NCBI GenBank assembly: GCA_045545475.1
Contig: JAZQAZ010000008.1
Span: 122,691 to 186,690, forward strand
Reading direction: 5' to 3'
Source: Clostridia bacterium
GTDB taxonomy: Bacteria > Bacillota > Clostridia > CAKSNL01 > HGM11501
DNA: 64,000 nt
The notes beneath the pieces are model-generated. The model was given only the letters and a program-made list of their open reading frames with translations. It was not told where the DNA came from and did no database searches. Within the stretch, counting starts at the first letter, position 1. Each line of letters begins with the position of its first letter. This document shows, piece by piece, positions 39,650 through 48,225 of this stretch. The position numbers and the translations under genes were made by a program.

Positions 39650-40426
39650 ATGAACGTAGTAATGGAAAAAATCGACACATCGGTTAAAGGAAACAGAAGT
39701 ATTGAGCTTTGTAAGGGAGAAATCCCCGGTGCGCATCCTGTGCATCATACAATTGAAAAGGGCTCATCTCTTACATTGGACGCAAACGAGGGATATTATC
39801 ACATCATAATTTTAATAGAAGGCACAGCGATTTTTGAAACCGATGGAAAGAGCCTTACATTTGACGGAAGAACCACTTTTGTTCCCGCTCCCGATAAGGA
39901 GCTTATCATAAAAGCTGAAACAGATGTACAGATTCTCGAAATTCAGTGGGACGAGGCACCCGGTGATGAAGAAGACTTAAAGGAATATAAGACAGAATTC
40001 CCTGTTGTAGTTCCGTATCAGGAGTCCATTCAGTATATCGACCCAAATAAGAGCGAAAAGACCATAAGTAGAATGATGATCCCTCATCAGGTACTTCCGA
40101 GATTTACCATAGGCTCTGTTGAATCCTACGGATATGACCTTGTAAGGCCACACGCGCATCCTATGCTTGACCAGTTCTTTTTCAGCTTCCCCGAAAATGA
40201 TATGGATGTTATTATTGATGACGAAAAAATCAATATGAAGGGCAATATCATAATGCATATTCCTTTAGGCTCTAATCACGGTGTAGAGGTTACGGGAGAC
40301 AGACATATGCATTATATGTGGATTGACTTTATGCCCGATAAAGAAGCAGGATTAAAGCGCCTTAATTTCAGTCACAGACCTACAGGCACCGTACGCGACT
40401 TTGCAAACGAGGATAAACACAGATGA
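39650..40426 (+). CDS. Bicupin-fold protein
   Basis: HAHPMLDQFFF and HIPLGSNHGV metal-cupin motifs in C-terminal half; cupin-like N-terminal half. Confidence 0.7.
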   Translation: MNVVMEKIDTSVKGNRSIELCKGEIPGAHPVHHTIEKGSSLTLDANEGYYHIIILIEGTAIFETDGKSLTFDGRTTFVPAPDKELIIKAETDVQILEIQWDEAPGDEEDLKEYKTEFPVVVPYQESIQYIDPNKSEKTISRMMIPHQVLPRFTIGSVESYGYDLVRPHAHPMLDQFFFSFPENDMDVIIDDEKINMKGNIIMHIPLGSNHGVEVTGDRHMHYMWIDFMPDKEAGLKRLNFSHRPTGTVRDFANEDKHR

Positions 40427-41463
40427 TTGACTTAAGTAAGCCAATAAAGCTTGACAGGGCAGGGGCGTGGCGCACATATTCCGGCGGAAAGCTGATTGAT
40501 GCCATTCACGGAATCGAAAACAGCGTAGACACTAACTTTCCGGAAGAGTGGATGATTTCTACCGTAAGAGCAAGAAATGCAGGGAGAGAGGATATTATTG
40601 AGGGGCTTAGTATGGTATCAGGAACGGATATTTCCCTTGCTGATTTAATCAAAGAAAATCCTGGAAAGCTTCTCGGAAAAAAGCATATTGAAAAATTCGG
40701 CTGCAATTTAGGCGTTCTTGTAAAAATTCTTGATGCGGCAGAAAGACTTACAATCCAGGTTCATCCTACAAGAGCGAAAGCAAAAGAACTTTTCAATTCC
40801 GATTACGGCAAAACAGAATGCTGGCATATTATAGGCGGAAGAGAAATAGGCGGAGAAAAGCCATCAATATATTTCGGATTTAAAGAAGGAATATCAAAAG
40901 AATACTGGAGGGAAGTTTTTAACAAGCAGGATATTTCTGCAATGCTTTCCTGCCTTCATAAATTTGAAGTTGAAAAAGGTGACACCTATTTAATTGAAGG
41001 CGGAATACCTCACGCTATAGGTGCAGGATGCTTACTTATTGAAGTGCAGGAGCCTACGGATTATACTATAAGGACAGAAAGAGTTACTCCTAAAGGACTC
41101 AAGGTTGCAGATTCTATGTGTCATCAGGGACTTGGATTTGAGAAAATGTTTGACTGCTTCAATTATGATGGCTTAAGTGAAGAAGAAACTAAAAAAAGAT
41201 GGAAAATCAAATGCGAAAACGGAAACATCATCTGCTATGAAAATACAGAGATGTTTGCCCTTAAAGAGCTTATGTTAGACGGGGAAGAGATTTTATCTTC
41301 CGAAGGCGTTTTCAGCGGAATTTACATCCTTGAAGGAAAAGGATTTGTGGGCGATGAACCGGTATGTGGAGGAAGCCAGTTCTTTATCGGTGCATCCTGC
41401 GAAGACTTTACAGTTAAAGGCAAAATGAAACTTATAAGATTTTATGGACCAAAGGAGGATTAA
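40423..41463 (+). CDS. Class I mannose-6-phosphate isomerase-like protein
   Basis: PEEW, LVKILDA, LTIQVHP, GKTECW, PHAIG and EVQEP motifs. Confidence 0.85.
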   Translation: MIDLSKPIKLDRAGAWRTYSGGKLIDAIHGIENSVDTNFPEEWMISTVRARNAGREDIIEGLSMVSGTDISLADLIKENPGKLLGKKHIEKFGCNLGVLVKILDAAERLTIQVHPTRAKAKELFNSDYGKTECWHIIGGREIGGEKPSIYFGFKEGISKEYWREVFNKQDISAMLSCLHKFEVEKGDTYLIEGGIPHAIGAGCLLIEVQEPTDYTIRTERVTPKGLKVADSMCHQGLGFEKMFDCFNYDGLSEEETKKRWKIKCENGNIICYENTEMFALKELMLDGEEILSSEGVFSGIYILEGKGFVGDEPVCGGSQFFIGASCEDFTVKGKMKLIRFYGPKED

Positions 41464-41464
41464 T

Positions 41465-42262
41465 ATGAAATACGGCTTTTGCAAAGAGTTTTCAACTCCG
41501 CTTAAAACCGAGGTTGATTATGAACTTATAAAAACCATTAAAGAGGCAGGCTTTGACTATGTTGAAATGCGTGCTATGCTGGTTTCTTCTTTAAGCGATG
41601 AAGAATTCGATAAACTCTATAATACACTTAAAGAATTGGAGTTAGGTTGTGAGTGTAGTTGTGCTCTTTTTCCGAAAACCATAAGAGTAACGGGTAAAGA
41701 TGCGAATAAAGAAGAAATTGCAGTATATATCGAAAAGACCTTTTCAAGACTTAATAAATTAGGTGCAAAAAAGGTTGTTTTCGGTAGTGCTCCGGCAAGA
41801 GCACTTGATGAAGAAACGACAGAAGAAATGGGATATGAACAGATTTCAGAAATCTGCAATGAAATAATCGTTCCTGCGGCAGAAAAGTATGATATCACCG
41901 TTGTAATGGAGCCGTTAAGAGCTTCGGCCTGTAACTTTATTAATACATTGGCTGATGGTATGAAGGTTGTAAATAGGGTTAATCACGAAAGAATAGCTCT
42001 TTTGGCGGACACAATACACATGATGGCAAACGAAGATAATCCAGAAGACATCATAAAATATAAGGACAGCTTAAGGCATATTCATATTTCTGAAATGGAC
42101 AGAGTTATGCCTGAGGATTCCTACAGCGACTTTGTACATAATGTGCTAAATAACCTTATAAATAACGGTTATGACGGAACAATATCCTTTGAAACGAAGA
42201 ACGGCAACGGATTGGATAGTATGAAAAAAGCACTTGCTTTATTAAAAAACACATTTAATTAA
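41465..42262 (+). CDS. Sugar phosphate isomerase/epimerase (ketose 3-epimerase-like)
   Basis: VFGS, MEPL, NFINT, LADTIHM, HIHISE and ISFE motifs; AGGAGG RBS before ATG 41465. Confidence 0.85.
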   Translation: MKYGFCKEFSTPLKTEVDYELIKTIKEAGFDYVEMRAMLVSSLSDEEFDKLYNTLKELELGCECSCALFPKTIRVTGKDANKEEIAVYIEKTFSRLNKLGAKKVVFGSAPARALDEETTEEMGYEQISEICNEIIVPAAEKYDITVVMEPLRASACNFINTLADGMKVVNRVNHERIALLADTIHMMANEDNPEDIIKYKDSLRHIHISEMDRVMPEDSYSDFVHNVLNNLINNGYDGTISFETKNGNGLDSMKKALALLKNTFN

Positions 42263-42282
42263 TAATTAAAGGAGAGATAAAG

Positions 42283-43293
42283 ATGGCAATTAAAACAGCA
42301 GTAATTGGTTGCGGACGTACCGCAAACGAGCTTCACGCTCCGGTTTTGGAAAAGCATCCCGAGTTTGAGGTTACGGCAATTTGCGACGTAAATACAGAGG
42401 CTCTTGACAAGTATTCCGAAAGATTCCCGAATGCAAAGAAATATACAGACTATCACACAATGCTTAACAGTACCGAATATGATTTTGCAATAATTCTTAC
42501 ATACAGCTACACCCACACGGCAATCGCACTTGATTTTCTTCGTGCAGGCAAAAATGTTCTTATTACAAAACCCTGGGCAATAACAACTGACGAGGCTGAT
42601 TCTATCATCAAAACCGCGAAAGAAAATAATTGCATCGTAATGCCCTTTATTCCTTGCCATGATGGTGCCGATGTGGTAAAATTGAAGGAAATCATCAAAG
42701 AAGGAAAAATCGGTAAGGTATTCAGAGTTTACCGTGCACAGATGACCTTCGGCAAGAGAAGCGACTGGCAGACATTAAAGGCTTATGCAGGCGGATACTT
42801 AAACAACTGGGGACCCCATATCGTTGAGCAGGCAATGTGCCTTGTTGATGAGCCGATAAAGTCAGTTTATGCTCAGAAGAGACAGATTATAAATCCCGGT
42901 GATGCCGACGATATGTTCTGCTCAACACTTATCACTGAAAGCGGTGTCATCGTCCAGGTTGACCATAACATCATTTCAGACTATCTGCCTAATTGGGTTG
43001 TTCAAGGGGATAAGGGTACAATTTATGTAAAAGGTAACGAAATGGAAATTCACGAAATTTCTTATCCCGGTGCAGACGATCCTACCGTTTACAGAAGCGT
43101 AACTCATACAGAAAAGACCCATATTACACTTGAAGGAAAAATCTTCGGCGATCATTACTCAATCTATACTATGATTGCAGAAACCCTTAAGGGCAAGCCT
43201 TACATTGTAACACTTGAATATGCAAGACACTTAACGGAAATCATGCAGTCAATTCACGAGTCTGCTGATAATAATAAGCTTGTATTACTTTAA
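42283..43293 (+). CDS. Gfo/Idh/MocA family oxidoreductase (atypical TKPW, NWGPH)
   Basis: GCGRTA Rossmann motif; GGYLNNWGPH. Confidence 0.85.
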   Translation: MAIKTAVIGCGRTANELHAPVLEKHPEFEVTAICDVNTEALDKYSERFPNAKKYTDYHTMLNSTEYDFAIILTYSYTHTAIALDFLRAGKNVLITKPWAITTDEADSIIKTAKENNCIVMPFIPCHDGADVVKLKEIIKEGKIGKVFRVYRAQMTFGKRSDWQTLKAYAGGYLNNWGPHIVEQAMCLVDEPIKSVYAQKRQIINPGDADDMFCSTLITESGVIVQVDHNIISDYLPNWVVQGDKGTIYVKGNEMEIHEISYPGADDPTVYRSVTHTEKTHITLEGKIFGDHYSIYTMIAETLKGKPYIVTLEYARHLTEIMQSIHESADNNKLVLL

Positions 43294-43310
43294 TTTAGGA
43301 GGAATTTACA

Positions 43311-44522
43311 ATGGAAAAATTGACAGTTGCATTTGTAGGATGCGGAAGCTTTGCGAGAAACTTTGTTGAGCTTTTTCAGGTTCATCCTGCTGTTGAAAAG
43401 GTTTATGTATGTGACCTTATTCCCGAAAGAGCTAAAGAATATTCTGAAAAGTTCAATTGCGAGATAATACCTACTTTTGAAGATATTCTTGCTGACAAAT
43501 CCATTAACTGTATTGCAAACTTTACACAGAGACACTTACACGGCGATATCGTTATCCGAGCATTAAAGGCAGGAAAGCACGTTTACAGCGCAGTTCCCAT
43601 GGCATCGGAAGTGGAGGAGTGCCAGGAAATCGTTAAGCTTGTAAAGGAAAATGACTTGATTTATATGATGGGCGAGACCTGCTATTATTATCCTTGTGCA
43701 ATGTATTGCCGTGAAGCAAACAAAGCAGGTAAATTCGGTAAGTTCGCTTATGGTGCAGCACAGTATTATCATAATGTTGATTACATTTCATACGGCAAAC
43801 GCCCCAACGAAGGCGGTATGCCTCCGCTTTTGTATCCTACACATTCAACCGGTATGATACTTTCTGCAGCTGATTCCTATGCTGTAAGAGTTGTTGCTTT
43901 CGGATACGAGGATCAGGAAAACGACGGCCGCTTCCAGGGAACGGATAATCAGTGGAACAACAAGTTCTCAAATCAGTATGTTATGATGCTTCTTGCAAAC
44001 GGGGCAACTGTTCGTGTTACAGAAGCAAGAAGATTCGGCTGGTTTAAGCCCAGCTCATACATTTCCGCTGTTTACGGAACCAAAGGTGGATATGAGTACA
44101 GCAACGCACAGCACATTCTGGTAGAGATGGATACAAGCCTTGACAGAGAAAATGCAAAGCTTACTGATGTAAGTGATTATGTAAACTCCTATGCAATGAC
44201 CGAAAATAAAAACCATCCTGATTTCAAGAATCTTGTTGCAAATTGTGCATGGCAGGGAAGCGATGTTTCTCCCATTCAGGAGCCTGAAATCGCAAGACTT
44301 CCCGAAAGCTATGGCCCTATTTCAAACGGCCATATGGGAACTCATAAATTCCTTATTGACGACTTCTGTAAAGCCGTTTACAATCACAAGCAGCCCATTC
44401 TTAATGCCTGGACCGCTGCAAGATATACAATACCCGGTCTTGTTGCAATTGAATCTGCAAATAAAGGCGGAATGCCTATCGATGTTCCGGACTGCGGAGA
44501 TTGCCCGAAAGAGCTTATGTAA
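43311..44522 (+). CDS. Gfo/Idh/MocA family oxidoreductase (SAVP subtype)
   Basis: GCGSFA, KHVYSAVP, MMGET and PPLLYPTHS motifs. Confidence 0.87.
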   Translation: MEKLTVAFVGCGSFARNFVELFQVHPAVEKVYVCDLIPERAKEYSEKFNCEIIPTFEDILADKSINCIANFTQRHLHGDIVIRALKAGKHVYSAVPMASEVEECQEIVKLVKENDLIYMMGETCYYYPCAMYCREANKAGKFGKFAYGAAQYYHNVDYISYGKRPNEGGMPPLLYPTHSTGMILSAADSYAVRVVAFGYEDQENDGRFQGTDNQWNNKFSNQYVMMLLANGATVRVTEARRFGWFKPSSYISAVYGTKGGYEYSNAQHILVEMDTSLDRENAKLTDVSDYVNSYAMTENKNHPDFKNLVANCAWQGSDVSPIQEPEIARLPESYGPISNGHMGTHKFLIDDFCKAVYNHKQPILNAWTAARYTIPGLVAIESANKGGMPIDVPDCGDCPKELM

Positions 44523-44525
44523 GAC

Positions 44526-44557
44526 AAAAAAGCTTGTACCAAAGGTACAAGCTTTTT
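44526..44557 (+). terminator. Terminator of glycyl-radical operon
   Basis: AAAAAAGCTTGTACC-AAA-GGTACAAGCTTTTT. Confidence 0.82.
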
Positions 44558-44612
44558 CTTGCAAAGAGAAGTATATTGTGGTAAAATAGTTATATAGAAG
44601 GAGGGAAGTTAT

Positions 44613-46022
44613 ATGAAAAAGACATTTGTAATTTTCGGACTGGTATTTATTTTAGTTACATCTATGCAATTTGCTGTATCTGCTAAGCAGAACGGAAAAG
44701 AGATATCTGTTGTAATTCCCGATTATGAAATTATGCTTGATGATGCATCGGTATACTATTATGATTCCTTATATCCCTTCTTAAATTATAAAGGGGTAAC
44801 ATATTTCCCGGCAACCTTTGAATATTGTAAGAGTATGGATCTTGCCTGCGGTTTCATTGAAAATGAAGCTTTTTTGATTGCATATAATCCTTCCAATCAG
44901 TCTGTACCGATATATGAAACAACGGTTAATACTAAAGAAAACACAGCTGTCGTTCCGACTTATAATATAATTATAAACGGTAAAAAAATAGATAATACAT
45001 CGCTCGAATATCCGTTTTTTAATTTCCGTGGTGTTACTTACATTCCGATGACATGGGATTTTGCGGTAAATGAATTTGGATGGAGACTAGATTTTGCCGG
45101 CAATAAACTCACAATAACAACAGAACCGAAATTATATACCTCGTTGGGGCAGTTGGTTGAAGTGGGTAGGGAAGAATTAATCTTCAGCGAATACGGATAT
45201 TTCGAAATGCCTCAACCTGACGGAACTGTACAAAATATCCCAGGCGTTATTTATTATTCAGTTAGCTTTGAAACAGGCGAAACTACCAGACGTGACGACT
45301 ATGTTTTGAATAATATAAATACGGGTAAATTTAGTAATGATGTAGTTGATGTTTCAGTAAAAGACGGATATGTATATTACGGAGAACAGCAGCTTTCAGG
45401 AGTGTTTATTGAAGAAGCAACACCGGGTTTTGTAAAGCCGGATGATGTCCATACGGTAGACTATCAGGTTAATATGTATAAAACCGATAAGTATGCTCCT
45501 CTTACCGTATGCGAATTAAATGTATATATAGCAAACCGTCGTAATGACGGCAGTGCTTACGGTACAAACAGCGATTATACATATTTACTGCACAATGACA
45601 AAATGATTTTTATCGGAGCTAATACTGAAGTTTCTGACGCTTATGTTATAGGTGACTATATTTATTTTAATACTAATAAATATTGGAAAACCATTCATTC
45701 TCACGCTCTGCAGAATAAAGCACTGCACAGACTTTCAAAAGACGGCACTCTAGAGCAAATAAATTATCCTGATTACAATAATATGGAAATTATTGGTATT
45801 GCAGATGATAAGTTATATCTTAAATGCACCTGGTCACCTAATGACTATGTAGAAGGCTCTGAGGTAGTTACAAGCCTTGTATCGGACGGATACTTTACCT
45901 ATGACGGAGCAAATATTGAAAAAATTGCTGATTATGTGTACTCAACCTTTGATGCAGTATCGCCATATGGTGAAATTTTAGCAATTAATCGCAGACTGGG
46001 AAAAGTAATAAAAGTGAAATAA
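44613..46022 (+). CDS. Secreted hypothetical protein with duplicated N-terminal module (copper-amine-oxidase-N-like)
   Basis: Signal peptide; YPFLNYKGVTYFP and YPFFNFRGVTYIP repeat. Confidence 0.7.
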   Translation: MKKTFVIFGLVFILVTSMQFAVSAKQNGKEISVVIPDYEIMLDDASVYYYDSLYPFLNYKGVTYFPATFEYCKSMDLACGFIENEAFLIAYNPSNQSVPIYETTVNTKENTAVVPTYNIIINGKKIDNTSLEYPFFNFRGVTYIPMTWDFAVNEFGWRLDFAGNKLTITTEPKLYTSLGQLVEVGREELIFSEYGYFEMPQPDGTVQNIPGVIYYSVSFETGETTRRDDYVLNNINTGKFSNDVVDVSVKDGYVYYGEQQLSGVFIEEATPGFVKPDDVHTVDYQVNMYKTDKYAPLTVCELNVYIANRRNDGSAYGTNSDYTYLLHNDKMIFIGANTEVSDAYVIGDYIYFNTNKYWKTIHSHALQNKALHRLSKDGTLEQINYPDYNNMEIIGIADDKLYLKCTWSPNDYVEGSEVVTSLVSDGYFTYDGANIEKIADYVYSTFDAVSPYGEILAINRRLGKVIKVK

Positions 46023-46033
46023 ATGGAGGAAAT

Positions 46034-46984
46034 ATGAAAATTACAGTACTTGATGCAAAAACTTTAGGTGAAGATTTATCTCTGGAACCGCTTAAGACTG
46101 TTGGAGAATGTGTTATATATGGCGAAACCAAATCTGAAGAAATTGCAGAACGCATAAAAGACACAGATGTTGTTATCATAAATAAAATCAAGCTTAATGA
46201 AACAAACTTAAAAGATGCAAAAAACTTAAAGCTTATATGTTTAGCTGCAACGGGATACGATAATGTTGATACTGTTTACTGCAGAGAACACGGCATTGCG
46301 GTATGTAATGTTGTAGGATACTCATCCCACTCGGTGGCACAGCTTACAGCAACATTGGTTCTGGCGTTATCGACAAACCTTACATCCTATACAGATTTTG
46401 TAAATAAAAGGAAATATCAGAAAAGCGGCGTTGCAAACCGTCTTACCCCGGTTTATCACGAATTATTTGGAAAGACCTGGGGAATTATCGGCTACGGAAA
46501 TATCGGAAAAGAAGTGGGAGGTATTGCTAAAGCTTTAGGATGTAATGTAATATACACAAGAAAAACTCCAGACGAAAATACCATTGATATTGATACACTT
46601 TGCAAAGAAGCTGATATCATAACAATTCACACCCCTTTGAACCCTGAAACAAAGCATTTAATTAATGAAAATAGAATCAATTCAATGAAAAAAGATGTGA
46701 TAATAGTAAATGTTGCCCGTGGTGCAGTTACTGATGAAGAAGCTGTAGCAAATGCAATAAAAACAGGTAGGGTAGGGGGCTTTGCAACGGATGTATACTC
46801 TGTTGAACCCTTTGGCGATAATCATCCCTTTAACGATATATTAAATCATCCTAATGTACTCCTGACACCTCATATGGCATGGGGAGCTTATGAAGCGAGG
46901 AAAAGATGTTTAGATGAAATCATAGAAAACATCAAAGCATTTTATAACGGCGATTTAAGATGCCGTGTAGATTTATTTGAATAA
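46034..46984 (+). CDS. D-2-hydroxyacid dehydrogenase (glycerate dehydrogenase-like)
   Basis: ATGYDNVD, GIIGYGNIG, NVARG, DVYSVEP and TPHMAW motifs. Confidence 0.92.
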   Translation: MKITVLDAKTLGEDLSLEPLKTVGECVIYGETKSEEIAERIKDTDVVIINKIKLNETNLKDAKNLKLICLAATGYDNVDTVYCREHGIAVCNVVGYSSHSVAQLTATLVLALSTNLTSYTDFVNKRKYQKSGVANRLTPVYHELFGKTWGIIGYGNIGKEVGGIAKALGCNVIYTRKTPDENTIDIDTLCKEADIITIHTPLNPETKHLINENRINSMKKDVIIVNVARGAVTDEEAVANAIKTGRVGGFATDVYSVEPFGDNHPFNDILNHPNVLLTPHMAWGAYEARKRCLDEIIENIKAFYNGDLRCRVDLFE

Positions 46985-47008
46985 AAAAAGTGCCCGTTAG
47001 GCACTTTT
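46983..47008. terminator. Bidirectional terminator
   Basis: AAAAAAAGTGCC-CGTTA-GGCACTTTTT. Confidence 0.75.
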
Positions 47009-48051
47009 TATTCTTCGGGTATTGCTCTATTTCGCATAATCTCTTTTTTTGCTTTTGCACTGTACTGAGCATAGAATTTATGGGTAACTTCAATATTTTT
47101 ATGTCCCATTAATTCCGCTACCATTTTTATATCAACACCCTCTTCTAAAAGTGTGCAGGCAAAAGTTCTTCTAAGAGCGTGAGGCCTCGTTTTATCTTTA
47201 TTTGTTATCCCGGCCATAAGACAGTAAGTTTTAAGGTTATGTTCTACGCTTGAAATAGTGAGTCTTTCTCCGTTTCTTGACACAAAAAGGGCATCGGTCT
47301 TATAATTTTGCTCCTTTCTCCATTCGATATAACTTAAAAGTTCATTTTCAACTTGAATCGGCATAAAAATTTCGTCTTCATTTCCGCCTTTACGGGTAAC
47401 AGTAAAGGAAGATGTCTCAAAATCCACATCCGAAACGTCCAGATTTACTAGTTCGCTGACACGAACACCTGTTCCTAAATAGGTGAGATACAGAGCGATA
47501 TCGCGTTTTTTACGATTTAAATACTCTGTTAAAAGGCGACCGGTAAAGTAGTTTTCGCCGTTTAATATTACATCCATCAAGCGCATGGTTTCCTGGATGG
47601 TGAGAGGTTTTTTGATTTTCTGAACAAGCTTATTCATATCAATTTTAAGAGTAACGTTTTGTGAAATTTTATCTGTTTTATAAAGATAAGAAAATAAGCT
47701 TCTTAATGATGACATTTTACGGTTTATGCCAAAGGAAGAATTTCTATGTGTTCGCTGGTAGCTTTCTCCGTCAGCATTAACGTAGGTAAGTGTGTACTGC
47801 TTAAGATAGGATTTATATTCAAGGAGATCATCAACTGTTATTTTATCCATATCAGCTTCAGTGAAGTACTCATAGGATGAATATTTAAATTTTCCTGATT
47901 CAATTAAAAAATTGAGAAAGATTCGTATGTCGAGAGCAAATGCAAGCTGGGTATTAATGGATTCGCCGTCGTAATAGTAATCGATGAAGCGGAATACAAA
48001 ATCAGGTAATTCAGTTAAATGATTTCTCAATTTCGTTTGTTTATCTACCAT
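47008..48051 (-). CDS. Tyrosine recombinase, XerS-like
   Basis: Catalytic R (TGVRVSEL), K (RKGG), HxxR (PHALRR), MGH and Y; 347 aa with the extended N-terminus (LRNHLTELPDFV) reminiscent of XerS; no phage or ICE genes nearby. Confidence 0.85.
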   Translation of the reverse strand: MVDKQTKLRNHLTELPDFVFRFIDYYYDGESINTQLAFALDIRIFLNFLIESGKFKYSSYEYFTEADMDKITVDDLLEYKSYLKQYTLTYVNADGESYQRTHRNSSFGINRKMSSLRSLFSYLYKTDKISQNVTLKIDMNKLVQKIKKPLTIQETMRLMDVILNGENYFTGRLLTEYLNRKKRDIALYLTYLGTGVRVSELVNLDVSDVDFETSSFTVTRKGGNEDEIFMPIQVENELLSYIEWRKEQNYKTDALFVSRNGERLTISSVEHNLKTYCLMAGITNKDKTRPHALRRTFACTLLEEGVDIKMVAELMGHKNIEVTHKFYAQYSAKAKKEIMRNRAIPEE

Positions 48052-48100
48052 GGCTAAAAACTCCTGAAAATGCTGGGGAAGGCTTAAAAACGTAATTCCA

Positions 48101-48128
48101 ATTCAGATAAATAGTTATTTATCTGAAA
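48101..48128. other. Candidate dif (difSL-like) recombination site
   Basis: ATTCAGATAAA-TAGTTA-TTTATCTGAAA (11-6-11); perfect 12-bp arms at 48102-48113 and 48116-48127; 50 bp upstream of the recombinase; at the gene-strand switch. Confidence 0.7.
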
Positions 48129-48172
48129 ATAAACGTATTTCGCTTTATATATCCCCTGCAGTATTTTTAATA

Positions 48173-48225
48173 AAAGCGATGCTGTTATTCATAAAAATTA
48201 AAAAACAGCATCGCTAATTTTTTTG
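48173..48225 (-). terminator. Terminator after pgm
   Basis: AGCGATGCTGTT...AACAGCATCGCT stem followed by a T-run on the minus strand. Confidence 0.65.

Noticed and set aside
47008-48051. Recombinase as a prophage/ICE integrase or phase-variation invertase
   Set aside because: No phage, relaxase, excisionase or tRNA target nearby; flanked by housekeeping genes; no second copy of the site was seen in the window.
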